Origin: Podarcis muralis
Lineage: Eukaryota
Length of the DNA: 64,000 nt
Reading direction: 5' to 3'
NCBI RefSeq assembly: GCF_964188315.1
Contig: NC_135667.1
Coordinates: forward strand, 24,552,001-24,616,000
The notes below the pieces were generated by a model. It had not been told where the DNA came from. It searched no databases and saw only the letters and a program-made list of their open reading frames with translations. A program made the translations under genes and the position numbers. How positions within the stretch are numbered: position 1 is the stretch's first letter; each line of letters begins with the position of its first letter. This document shows, piece by piece, positions 33,041 to 44,985 of this stretch.

Positions 33041-34021
33041 ATGCACAATCTTACATCCATTGCTGTCTTTCTGCTGCTGGAATTCTCAGATGTTCGAGAA
33101 CTGCAAATCTTACACTTCTTCGTATTTCTGGTATTGTACTTAACGGCAATAATAGGGAATCTTCTCATTGCTATTGCTATTGTTTTTGATCATCACCTTC
33201 ACAAACCTATGTACTTCTTTCTACTGAATTTAGCTATCATGGATCTTGGAACAGTTTCAGTCATGGTACCCAAATCAATGGCTATTTCCCTCCTAAATTG
33301 CAGATATATTTCTTATTTTGGATGCGTTGCTCAAGTTTTCTTTTATATCCTATTTGGAGCATCTGACTATGCTTTACTTACTATAATGGCACATGACCGC
33401 TATGTAGCCATTTGCAATCCACTCCACTATGAAACAATTATGCACAAAGGAGCCTGCATTCAAATGGTAGCCATTGTGTGGATTTTTAGCCTTCTTTATG
33501 CCATATTGCATACTGGGAGCACCTTTGCCAACACATTTTGTTCTAATTCTATCAATCAATTCTTCTGTGAAATCCCAAAGGTACTGAAGCTCTCCTGTTC
33601 TAACTTTTACTTAGTGGAAGTTGGATTTATTGTGCTAAGCTGTAGTATAGGACTTGGTTGTTTCATTTTCATCATCATAACATACATGGAGATCTTTTCT
33701 ACAGTGCGCAAAATCCCTTCTGTCCATGGTAAGAAAAAAGCCCTTTCTACTTGCCTTCCCCACCTCACTGTTGTCTCTGTTTTACTGTTCACTGGAGTGT
33801 TTGCTTATACAAGGCCTCCCAGTGAAGCTTCTTCTGATCTAGATATAGCTTTTGCTGTGGTGTACTCTGTAATTCCTGCCACATTGAATCCATTTATCTA
33901 TAGCATGAGAAACAAAGAAATCAAGACTGCCTTGTGGAAACTCTTAGATGTTTGCATTCTTCAGAAACTATATGCAAAATTCTATAAGAAGGCATGTGGG
34001 TGCTTTAGCTTCTGTATGTGA
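33041..34021 (+). CDS. Olfactory receptor, family-14-like (OR-A3), 326 aa with frameshift-extended tail
   Basis: Intact 7TM ORF; ATG 9 nt after the track GTG; a 1-nt deletion near the end extends the C-terminus. Confidence 0.94.
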   Translation: MHNLTSIAVFLLLEFSDVRELQILHFFVFLVLYLTAIIGNLLIAIAIVFDHHLHKPMYFFLLNLAIMDLGTVSVMVPKSMAISLLNCRYISYFGCVAQVFFYILFGASDYALLTIMAHDRYVAICNPLHYETIMHKGACIQMVAIVWIFSLLYAILHTGSTFANTFCSNSINQFFCEIPKVLKLSCSNFYLVEVGFIVLSCSIGLGCFIFIIITYMEIFSTVRKIPSVHGKKKALSTCLPHLTVVSVLLFTGVFAYTRPPSEASSDLDIAFAVVYSVIPATLNPFIYSMRNKEIKTALWKLLDVCILQKLYAKFYKKACGCFSFCM

Positions 34022-34182
34022 TTTCCCCCCTATAATCTGTTGTAGAACATCTGTTTTGCATGAAGGCAGCTCCTGGTTTAAAACATGGCATCTCCAAGCA
34101 GGGCAAGGAATGATGCCCTGTCTGAAGGCGCAGAGAGACAATGGAAGTCAATGCAGAGTACAGAGAAAAATGGAACAATGGA

Positions 34183-34184
<2 letters not shown>

Positions 34185-34229
<45 letters not shown>

Positions 34230-34660
34230 TTTTTATTTATACCCCGCCCTCCCCAGCCAAGGCCGGGCTCAGAGCGGCTTACAAGCAATAATAAAAACAA
34301 GATGAATGATTACAACTTAAAAACAAAAATAAAATACAACATTAAAATAATGGAACATTAAAATATTAAAATGTAGCCTCATTGCAGGAGAAGGAAAAGA
34401 AAAAAGAAAAGGGGGGGGGGGAGGGAATCAAATTGGCTCCAAGACAAAGGCCAGGCAGAACAACTCTGCCTTACAGGCCCTGCGGAAAGAAATCAGATCC
34501 TGCAGGGCCCTGGTCTCATGAGACAGAGCGTTCCACCAAGTTGGGGCCAGTGCTGAAAAGGCCCTGGCTCTGGTTGAAGCCAATCTAACTTCCTTAGGGC
34601 CTGGGACCACTAGGGTGTTGTTATTTATGGACCTTGAGGCTCTCCGTGGGGCATACCAGG
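34185..34660 (-). mobile_element. L2 LINE 3' fragment inserted downstream of OR-A3
   Basis: (aat)n tail; the reverse strand encodes an L2 ORF2 C-terminus (EVRLASTRARAFSALAPTWWNALS); same family as 42615-44071. Confidence 0.88.
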
Positions 34661-36396
34661 CGAATCATAACAGGCAACTTTGGCACAAACTCCTCCTTTT
34701 GCCTCAACTTTATTCTGCATGTCTCCATAATTTGTTCGCTTGCGTCTTGTCATAGACCAATGTATCCCATGATCGACCCTGTCATGCTTCAGTCCTCCAA
34801 CAGGGAGCTGAGAGAGATATACACCCAAGGCCTATGCTAAATCCTACCTACATCTTAAATTAATAAAGTTGTGGTCATTTTGTAAATCCCAGAACATTGT
34901 TTTATTCAGTTTGTTCACCTTCTTAAATTGAGCCTTGTTCCCGGAGGTGGGGGCAATACAAGTGGGATTGCAAAGGTTCTTTGTAAGACAAAAATGAAAT
35001 AACCCTGGGAATGTAGTAGAGCTGGTTGATGCTTGGATAGTTTTTTCTGGGAATGTACAGTTTCCCTTTGCCACCAGGCCTTCCTTTTTCCTCTTTCTTT
35101 GGTTCCAAACAATCACAGTCTGGCTACACTTCAGAGTTATGGCTATGCCCTGATGGGTCATTCATACCCATTTTTCTTTCTGTACAATTGACACATGAGA
35201 ATCCATAACCTCCCTCTTTTAAAAAATTAAAATTAAAAATGCAACCATTTCATTTACACCATACATATAGAGCTCTCTTAACACTCTTCAAGACCCATGG
35301 CTTTCCTATACAGAATCCTGGAAAATCTGATTTGCAGAACAATATGAGAGCTGTTAGGAGACCCCAACAAACCAAGATTCTGGGAACTTTCTCTTTAGTG
35401 AATCCTCTCTCTTTGCTGCATAAAAATGCACCTCCATTTAGGTAGCATTCAGCAAAAGGTTATAATCAAAGTTCTTTTTGGGGTAGAGAGAAAGGCATGG
35501 GAAGCGGCAATTCAAACGTAGGTTTCAGTGCCATCCGCTTATAATTGGAATAAAATTACTACATCTGGTTGAGCCAGTAAGAATTCTGGCAGCCAAGTTC
35601 TGCACTAACTGAGGCTCCTGGGTCATATTCGTGGGCAGTCCTATGTATAACCGAATATTGTGATTCAACCAGGAGGTTACCAGAACATGGATTACCATGA
35701 AAATTTTTCTCTATCCAGAAATGGAAACAATATTTGAATATTATTAAATAATTCTGACATAATGCTAGGCTCACCACAAGTGTCATCATTTTTCATGCAT
35801 TGAGGAACATATTATAACTGTTATTTTTTTCCTTCTTCCACAAATTTGGAAAAAGTAACATTAATTTGAGGAGTTTAAACAATGTTTTCAGATCAGCTGT
35901 GCTGCACTCTTGGGGTTAAGATCCCAAAATGGCAAAAGAAACTCAGAATAACTCACTTTCCCATGTGTGTTGTCACTATTTGTTGATGCAACATTTAGTG
36001 ATTTCTATTGTTATATAGGCTGTCTTCACATAGGTAAAAAATCAGTTACACATTCTATACTAAGGGCCAGAGCAAGGGCAATGTGGTTGGCTGGGAAAAT
36101 GCAGGGACTCTCATAAGATCAGAAAATTGAACCCTAACGAAGCTGGAAGGGAAACTGATTTTTCCAAATAAAGGTATGTCAAATTGATTTACGGGGGTTG
36201 AATATTTTTTCTTATTTTTTTGTAATCTAGAGGTGCTGGTCACTTTTTTCATTTCCAGTCATCTATCGAGTTTCATGTGGTCTCAAGTATACTGAAAAAA
36301 TCATAATTATGATGCAGTTTTCTACTTTACAGAATGTCTAATTTGTTAACTGTTTCTAGATTTTGAAACCCTATTTAAACTAGCCTAGCCCTCATA

Positions 36397-36657
36397 CAGT
36401 AGAACCTCGGGTTGCGAATGTGATCCATGTGGGAGGCACATTCGCAACATGCAGTGTTCACAACCTGCAGTGCCGCGTCTGCGCATGCGTGAGTCGTGAT
36501 TTGGTGCTTCTGCAGATGTGCAAAGTGCAATTTAGTTGTTCTGTGCATGCGACAGCGCCAAAACCCAGAAGTAACCAGTTCCGGTACTTCTGGGTTTGGC
36601 GTGGTGCGCAACCAAAAAATGCACAACCTGAAGCGTCTGTAACCCGAAGTACCACTG
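36397..36657. mobile_element. Tc1/mariner-type MITE
   Basis: TA-cagtagaacctcgggttgc ... gtaacccgaagtaccactg-TA; absent in paralogues at about 16775 and 22595. Confidence 0.85.
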
Positions 36658-37722
36658 TATTTATTTGGGACTGGATCTAGGTGAGGCAATAACTTATTGA
36701 ACATGTTTAAAGTATCATTGTGCTCTCCCTTCTTGAGTAATTGTATGTAGGGGGAGATTGTTATTCACCAGGCAATTCTTTAAAATCCTTGCTGAAAGTG
36801 ACTGTACATAATATCACACATTCTCTTCTTGAAAAGTCATCGGGAGCAAAAAATATGGCTGCCTGCATCTCTAAATACATGATTGGATGTATTGTCACTT
36901 CCTGGAAGCATTTTAAATGACCTTTTATTTTTCTGCTGATGACTTTACTGGCAGCTCCAAAGAGTTTTAAAATGTTTCTGAAAGAAAGAAGAAAGTCTTC
37001 AGACAACTTCATATGTACTTTTGTCAAAGCATGCATTGATCGGCTGCAGTAATCCTCATAGCTATGTTCCAATCTGCATATGGGTCTGCAAGGGGCAGAA
37101 GGGAAGAGCTCCCTACAAAATGCAGTGGGATCTGGAATGCTGCATCAGCCACAAGAGAGCTCATATTAACTATTAATTTGTATGTGTTTGTGATTAAAAG
37201 AGAGGCAGCTATAATTGGGCGGGGGACTCTGATTCCAATCAGCTGTTTTGGATTCATGGGAGCAATTTCCCGCAATGTCAAAGCACATTTCCAATTAATG
37301 TCCTGCACATACAACTTTTAAAAACCAATTTAGAAATATAATTGCTGCACAGTATTCTGGGAAGAACCAAGAAAATATGAAAACTTCTTAGATGATTCTA
37401 TGAATGTGCAATTAGTGATGATCTACAACAGCTAAACCAAAAACATCACCTACCCACAAAGAAACATGTACCTGTTTTTAAAGAGCCAAGGTACTCATAA
37501 GCTTTTGAACTATGAATCTAATGATACCAATGGTGATCAATTTGTGATGCTCTTTCTTTGTTTTCATCACTCCATGTTTCTCCCCCTACATTGCTCTTGG
37601 GCTGTTACTCTTTCACCACTTTTTGTTGCTTCTGGTAACAGAATTCCAGATTAGTCTAGGACCATCACCCAGCCAGTCAGGGTTGATCTGAGAACTTTTG
37701 ATGGCTTCTATTTTGACTAGTA

Positions 37723-38041
37723 GGGATGCGGGTGGCGCTGTGGGTTAAACCACAGAGCCTAGGGCTTGCCGATCAGAAGGTTCAAATGCCGGTGACAGGG
37801 TGAGCTCCCGTTGCTCGGTCCCTGCTCCTGCAGTTCAAAAGCACGTCAAAGTGCAAGTAGATAAATAGGACCCGCTCCGTTGGGAAGGTAAACGGCGTTT
37901 CTGTGCACTGCTCTGGTTCGCCAGAAGCGGCTTAGTCATGCTGGCCACATGACCCGGAAGTTGTACGCCACCTCCCTTGGCCAATAAAGCGAGATGAGTG
38001 CCACAACCCCAGAGTCATCTGCGACTGGGTCCCTTTACCTT
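37723..38041 (+). mobile_element. Sauria SINE (internal deletions)
   Basis: Canonical head and tail; TSD tattttgact(a/g)gta; empty site at about 23585. Confidence 0.9.
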
Positions 38042-38262
38042 TATTTTGACTGGTATTTTGATGAGGACAACCCTGTGTATATGCTCCAGAAACATTCCAA
38101 GGATGACTTCTTGCACCAAATCCACAATGAACTAACCATGCTATGGATAAGGGTGTGAGTAGGAGCTTCATCTCCCCCCCCCCCACTAACCTTCAATTAC
38201 TTCTATGCGGGGATAAGCTAAAATGGTACGGCATCTTTTTTATTGAAAACTTTTGACAGCTA

Positions 38263-38428
38263 NNNNNNNNNNNNNNNNNNNNNNNNNNNNNNNNNNNNNN
38301 NNNNNNNNNNNNNNNNNNNNNNNNNNNNNNNNNNNNNNNNNNNNNNNNNNNNNNNNNNNNNNNNNNNNNNNNNNNNNNNNNNNNNNNNNNNNNNNNNNNN
38401 NNNNNNNNNNNNNNNNNNNNNNNNNNNN
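38263..38428. other. Assembly gap (166 N)
   Basis: Run of n in the sequence. Confidence 1.
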
Positions 38429-39059
38429 AGGTGGAAGAGGGAGAGAGAATGGATGGATTGAAGTCCTGCCATGGCTATGTAGCTGAGGTCTGTATTTGAA
38501 TTTACTCCCCAATAGGAGCTTTCTTTTGGGGTAAAGGAACTAAAAGAAGTGGTTGAAAAGACCCTATCTGCTCAAGTTTACTGTGGGTTTACTAAAGTGG
38601 AATCTATACACATATAAAAAAATGCTCTGAAAATGCTTTTTTAAAAATACGTTTTGAAAAATATATTGAATTTGCCATAATTTCACTATCACCATTAGTG
38701 TCACCTTTGTATAATGAACTTAAACTGTTGCATTTGCAGCTGTAGAGTCTCAGAAATATTCAGAAAACCAAGAGAAATGAAAATTTCAATTATCATATAT
38801 TCAATATTATTTTGTATTAGAAAAGAATATTAATGTTTATTGGGTGGCAACTGCGCTTCTTAATACATTTAATAATAATAAATGTATGAGATATAGCTTA
38901 CAAATGGAATGTTTTGGTGTCATCACTATGCAAAACTGTTTCACAACTGTTCTTCAAAGCAAAATCTGATGGAGTTTATAGTGAAATATGAATAAACCTG
39001 TTTTAAATAACCAGTTAATATTGCCATATTAACACTTCCCAGTTTCTTCCTTCTACAGA

Positions 39060-40031
39060 ATGAATGCAAGTACTGAAGACAAAATGAGCAATCTTACATC
39101 CATTTCCATGTTTCTGCTGAAGGAATTCTCAGACGTACGAGAACTACAGATCTTACATTTCTTTCTGTTCTTAGGATTCTACTTGACAACCCTGGCTGGG
39201 AATCTTCTCATCATTGCAGTGGTAGCCCTTGATCATCATCTGCACAAACCTATGTATTTTTTCCTAACAAACCTGGCACTGATGGATGTTGGCTCCGTTT
39301 CTGCCATCATACCCAAATCTATGGTCAATTCCATCATGAACAGCAGGTCAATTTCATATTCTGGGTGTGTGGTTCAAGTTTTCTTCTTCTTCTTCTTTGT
39401 AGCATCAGACCTTTCCCTTCTAACGGTAATGGCACACGATCGGTTTGTTGCCATCTGCCACCCATTACAATATGAGACAATAATGCACAAAGCAGCTTGT
39501 ATTCAGATGATCGTCATTGTGTGGATTACAAGTCTTCTTTATGCCATGTTGCATACTTGTGGCACGTTTGCAAACACCTTCTGTTCAAACACTGTCAATC
39601 AATTTTTCTGTGAAATCCCAAAGTTACTGAAGCTCTCCTGCTCTAACATTTACCTAGTTGAAGCAGGGTTTATTTTGATAGGGTGTTTGATAGGAATAGG
39701 ATGCTTCATTTTCATCACCATAACATACATCCAGGTGTTTGCTGCAGTGCGCAAAATTCCTTCAGTACATGGTAAGAAAAAAGCCCTCTCAACTTGCCTT
39801 CCCCACCTCACAGTTGTCACTGTGTTTGTGTTCACTTCAATATTTGCCTATGCACGGCCTCCCAGAAGTGTTTCTTCTGATCTGGATATAGTTTTTTCTG
39901 TTATATATACCATAATTCCTCCTATGTTGAATCCATTCATCTACAGCATGAAAAACAAAGAAATCCAAACTGCTTTGTGGAAACTCTTACATTTAGGGCA
40001 TTCTTCTAAAAGTATATTTAGAGTTCTATAA
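39060..40031 (+). CDS. Olfactory receptor, family-14-like (OR-B2), 323 aa
   Basis: Intact ORF paralogous to OR-B1; MAHDRFVAICHPL, KALSTC, LNPFIYSMKNKE. Confidence 0.95.
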   Translation: MNASTEDKMSNLTSISMFLLKEFSDVRELQILHFFLFLGFYLTTLAGNLLIIAVVALDHHLHKPMYFFLTNLALMDVGSVSAIIPKSMVNSIMNSRSISYSGCVVQVFFFFFFVASDLSLLTVMAHDRFVAICHPLQYETIMHKAACIQMIVIVWITSLLYAMLHTCGTFANTFCSNTVNQFFCEIPKLLKLSCSNIYLVEAGFILIGCLIGIGCFIFITITYIQVFAAVRKIPSVHGKKKALSTCLPHLTVVTVFVFTSIFAYARPPRSVSSDLDIVFSVIYTIIPPMLNPFIYSMKNKEIQTALWKLLHLGHSSKSIFRVL

Positions 40032-40350
40032 AAACCACGTTCTATCTGTTTCTGCATGTGAATGGTTGACCCTACATTTTTTCAGCTTGAACTGAAATCA
40101 TTTTAATATTTCTTAGGGATTGCTCTGTGATCCCTTCATCCAATTTTCTATGTTATCCATCCATTGTTCTCCTTCTACCACTTTTAAGATTGTCTATTTC
40201 ACCTCCAACACATTCAAATGTAGTGCAATCAGATTTAACTGTGTTAGTAAATCCTAAGAGAAGGTCATTTGATTATCTTGTTCAGTTAGAAAAGGTTTGA
40301 TTCGGTTGAAGGACGTTGTGCATATATTGGTTTCTATTTGATAATAATAT

Positions 40351-41894
40351 TTTTTTATTTTTTTAATGAAATATTTATTAAGGATTTTAAACATTATATT
40401 CATCAACCACATATAAAACCATCACCAAAATACAACAAACAAAGAAAATCAGAAAAAAGCAAAAAGATTAACATATAATAAAAAACATACAACAAATCCA
40501 GATGTCCAACAACCATATTTTCTTAACTTTTTGGACTTCCTCACATCTCCCATTCCTGCGTTCCCAATTATAAAATTATAAGCAGCAATTTATCACCTTA
40601 TTTCAACTCTTATTTTGTAATTTTCAAATATTATGTCTCCAACTTTAAATATTTTTATCAAATACTTAAATACTTAATTCAGACATAATGTTATTCCAAA
40701 ATTTATCTTTTTCTCAAATCTCACTTATTCTCATATTTCTTTCAACTAAATTGCTAGTGCCGTGTTGTTTTCAGTCCTGCATCCTTCTTAGCACTCATAC
40801 AATTTACAATGTTTTTGTAGATAGTCCTTAAACTTTTTCCAGTCCTCTTCCACTGCCTCTTCTCCCAGGTCTCGGATCCTGCCAGTCATTTCTGCCAGTT
40901 CCATATAGTCTATCAGTTGCGTCTGCCATTCTTCCACGGTGGGCAAATCTTGGGTCTTCCAATATTTTGCGATAAGTATTCTTGCTGCTGTTGTTGCGTA
41001 CATAACAAAGATTTGGTCCTTCTTTAGCACCCTCTGGCCCACAATACCCCAAAGGAAGGCCTCTGGTTTCTTAGAGAAGGTATACTTAAATACCTTTTTC
41101 AATTCATTATAGATCATTTCCCAGAAAGCCTTGACCCTAGGACAAGTCCACCAGAGGTGAAAGAATGTTCCTTCAGTTTCTTTACACTTCCAACATTTGT
41201 TATCAGACAGGTGATATATTTTTGCAAGCTTGACTGGGGTTATGTACCACCTATATATCATTTTCATAATATTTTCTTTCAAGGCATTGCATGCCGTGAA
41301 CTTCACACCGGTGGTCCATAACCTTTCCCAGTCAGCAAACATAATGTTATACCCAATATCCTGTGCCCATTTTATCATAGCTGATTTAACCGTTTCATCT
41401 TGTGTATTCCATTTTAATAGCAAGTTATACATTTTTGAAAGTACCTTAGTCTTAGGCTCTAACAGTTCTGTCTCTAATTTCGATTTTTCCACCTGGAATC
41501 CTATCTTTTTGTCTGAATTAAAAACCTCTTTAATCTGAGCATAGTTTAACCAATCTCGCACTTTATCTTTTAATTTCTCCAAACTCTGCAATCTCCAGGT
41601 ATCTCCCTCTTTTTCTAGTATTTCCCAATATTTCGGCCATTTGGCCTCCATATTGAGTCTTTTCCGGGCCTTTAGCTTCCATTGGTGACAACCACCTTGG
41701 GGTCTTATTTTCTAATAAGTCTTTGTATTTTATCCAGACACTAAACACTGCTTTCCTGACAATATGGTTCTTGAAAGCTTTATGGGTTTTAACCTTGTCG
41801 TACCACAAATATGCATGCCATCCATAAGCATTGTTAAATCCTTCCAAATCCAAAACATCAGTGTTCTCAAGAAGCAGCCACTCTTTCAACCAGC
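40351..41894 (-). mobile_element. 5'-truncated L1-clade LINE (ORF2 C-terminus with CCHC zinc knuckle, 3' UTR, poly-A)
   Basis: ORF contains KCWKCKETEGTFFHLWWTC; frameshift near 41655; 12-bp TSD tgataataatat at 40339-40350 and 41895-41906. Confidence 0.92.
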
Positions 41895-42039
41895 TGATAA
41901 TAATATATTTTAAAGTAATGTATTGAATCTGAAACTTCATGCTGCAGACAATACACAATACTAGGAATGAAATATATTGTGGGGTAGTACTGTGGAATAT
42001 TTGAGGGCTCTGCATCCTTTATCTCTCTCATTTGAGAAA

Positions 42040-42308
42040 GTTATGGGGCAAGTTCCAAAGGGGGGGATGCACTGGGACATCCAATCTCAGTGATCATGGG
42101 TAGGAGGAGGAGTTGCGCTAAGACCAGACTATGTCATTACCAAGGAGGCAGGCTTAGTCATTGTTTGAAGACTATCCCTGCCTCTGGGTCTGGTCTTGAC
42201 CGGTTGGAAACTGGAATCAACAAGGGAAACCCACATGACCTGAAGGTGTTGCTGTGCAATGCTAGGTCAATGATTCATAAGACCACTGCCATTCATGACT
42301 TGATTGTG
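42040..42308 (+). mobile_element. L2-type LINE fragment, start of ORF2 (APE endonuclease N-terminus)
   Basis: LKVLLCNARSMIHKTTAIHDLI resembles the endonuclease first motif (NARS); the left boundary is approximate. Confidence 0.6.
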
Positions 42309-42614
42309 GTTCCAGTCCTCCAGCAGGAGGCTGGAATGGATATGCACTCAATGTCTAAGCCAAAATTCCACCTATATCTGTAATGGATAAAGTTGTGGCC
42401 ATTTAAAATCCAGATAGTTGTTTTCTGAATTATTAATCATATTTTACATGTAGAGACTGAGCCAGGGGTTGGCAACAATGTGACTGGGCTTGCAAATTAT
42501 TATATTTTATTAAATTTATGTTCTGCCCTTCAGCCCAAGTTCATAGGGTGGTCTACATTATAAAAATACAAAACACATAACAATAAACAAACAAAGCAGC
42601 TCTGCTGAGGACAG

Positions 42615-44031
42615 GACTCAGCAAAAGACTATTCCAGTCCGGCTTCTGCGCTGGCCATGGGACCGAGACGGCTCTGGTTGCCCTAACAGATGATCTCCGC
42701 AGGCAGCTGGATTGAGGCGGGTCGGGGCTGCTGATTCTTCTATACCTGTCAGTAGCCTTCGACATGGTCGATCACGAACTTCTGTACCACCGCCTTGCCA
42801 ACGTGGGGATCCAAGGCATAGTCCTTCAATGGCTGCACTCGTTTCTCTCTGGTCGGGGAGAGAGGGTGGCGCTTGGGGGGGAATTATCATCGCGCCACTC
42901 CTTGGTGTGTGGAGTGCCTCAGGGTGCGATACTCTCCCCGATGCTTTTTAACATCTTTATGCGCCCCCTCGCCCAGCTTGTCCGGAGTTTTGGGCTGGGT
43001 TGCCATCAGTATGCCGATGACACCCAACTCTATCTGTTGATGAATGGCCATCCTGACTCGGCCCCAGACACAATGACCAGATGTCTGGAAGCTGTGGCTG
43101 GATGGTTACGTGGAAGCTGGTTGAAGTTAAATCCTTCGAAGACAGAGGTCCTCTGGCTGGGACGGGACGATATGGGATTGGGGGGGGGGCAACTCCCATC
43201 TCTTGCGGGGGTGCAATTAGTTCCAGCACCGTCTGTTAAGAGTTTGGGTGTAATCTTCGATACCTCCCTCTCTATGGAGGCGCAGATTACAGCTATAACA
43301 AAGGCGGCATTTTTTCATCTCTGCCAAGCTAAGAAGTTGGCCCCTTATCTCTCTCGCCCTGACCTAGCCACTGTGATCCACGCGACAGTCACCTCCAGAC
43401 TGGATTATTGTAACTCGCTCTACGTGGGGCTGCCCTTGAGACTGGCCCAGAAACTCCAGCAGGTGCAGAATGCCGCGGCGAGACTCCTTATGGGGTCTTC
43501 GCTGCGAGATCACATTCATCTGGTACTATACCAGCTGCACTGGCTCCCGGTGGAGTACAGGATCAGGTTTAAGGTGCTGGTTTTAACCTTTAAAGCCCTA
43601 TATGGCCTAGGACCCTCGTACCTACGGGACCGCCTCTCCTGGTATGCCCCACAGAGGAACCTACGGTCTGCAAATAAAAACATCCTGAAGGTCCCAGGCC
43701 TCAGAGAGGTTAGGCTGGCCTCAACTAGAGCCAGGGCATTTTCGGCTGCGGCTCCAATCTGGTAGAACGCTCTGTCACAAGAGACTAGGGCCCTGCGGGA
43801 CCTGACATCTTTCCGCAAGGCCTGCAAGACAGAGTTGTTCCACCAGGCCTTTGGTCAGGGCCCAGCCTGACTCCCTCCTCTGGCAACCTGCACAGAATTT
43901 TGCTTAACGGTTGCCATTAATTTGATTTTAATTATTTTTTATAATGAAATGTTTTTAGATTGTTTGATTATTTGATTGTTGTTAGCCGCCCTGAGCCCGG
44001 CTTCGGCTGGGGAGGGCAGGATATAAATAAA

Positions 44032-44071
<40 letters not shown>
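42615..44071 (+). mobile_element. 5'-truncated L2 LINE (RT domain to tail)
   Basis: QSGF...GHGTETAL, AFDMVDH, GVPQGAILSP, QYADDTQLY, SRLDYCNS; in-frame stops; ends in an (att)n tail. Confidence 0.93.
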
Positions 44072-44074
<3 letters not shown>

Positions 44075-44863
44075 CTAAGAATGTATGTGACAAGCAGGCT
44101 AATATGGGTAGTTACAAAGGTAAGTTCCAGTGCCAGCCACTTATAACTGGAGTAACATGACTCCATCTGGCAGCCAGGTTCTGCACCAACTAAGGCTTCT
44201 TAGTCATATTCAAGGGCAACACCATGTGTAATGCAATGCAGCAGTTCAATAAGAAGGTTAACAGAGCATGGACTGCTGTGAAAGCCTAGCTCTATGCAGT
44301 AATGGCCACTGCTGAATAATCCGCCAAAATTTGTAGAATATACTCCATCCCACCAAATGACAATGTTAGACCAAAGAACATTGATAGAAGTTTTTCAGCA
44401 TGGTTTTAGAGAAGCCCTCAATTGCCTCACTTTATTGATAGAAGTGCTTCTCAGTCTTGCCAGTACCTGCCAGCAAGGTCACTTCCCATTCCCTTTTGCT
44501 TAGAAAATCTATAGCATAGAGTCAAGCTGAATAAGGCTGTGGGTAAGACAGGTCTTCAGCTTTGTACCAAGTAACCTACAGTAATTTCAGACATATGATT
44601 TAAAATAATAGATCACATTCAAATTACATATAAAACGCCCCAGAAGCAATTGTTAGCTGATCATAGAAATGGGGAAGAGATTTGGAGCAATTTGCATTTA
44701 AAGGCAAAGCTTCCTAATTTACACTTCCCAAGACAATAGTTTTTTTGGGATTTTTTTTAATTGTCAACAGGTGTCGAAATATAACCAATCAGATGCCCTT
44801 TTCCTGGTATGTGGCCAGCACCAAATATATATCTCCCTTCAGGACTCTGATACATCCTGACCC

Positions 44864-44985
44864 CAGGGCTTTTCTTCAACTCATCGGAACTCAGTTCCAG
44901 CACCTATCAGGTGGGCACCATTGCTATTGCAAGGGAGGTGTTCATGGTGAGTTCCAGCACCTCTTTTTCTAGAAAAATATCACTG
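44864..44985. mobile_element. hAT-type MITE
   Basis: cagggctttt...aaaatatcactg ends; 8-bp flanking duplication ctgacccc. Confidence 0.7.

Larger units (their letters stand above)
31260..40030 (+). repeat. Two-gene (OR-A + OR-B) cassette, copy 2
   Basis: As for copy 1; carries private L2, Tc1-type MITE and Sauria SINE insertions. Confidence 0.85.

Noticed and set aside
38240-38512. ORFs containing X runs
   Set aside because: Artefacts of the N gap.
40788-43765. The 287-aa and 333-aa ORFs as host genes
   Set aside because: They are L1 and L2 ORF2 fragments with tails, stops or frameshifts, and a TSD for the L1.
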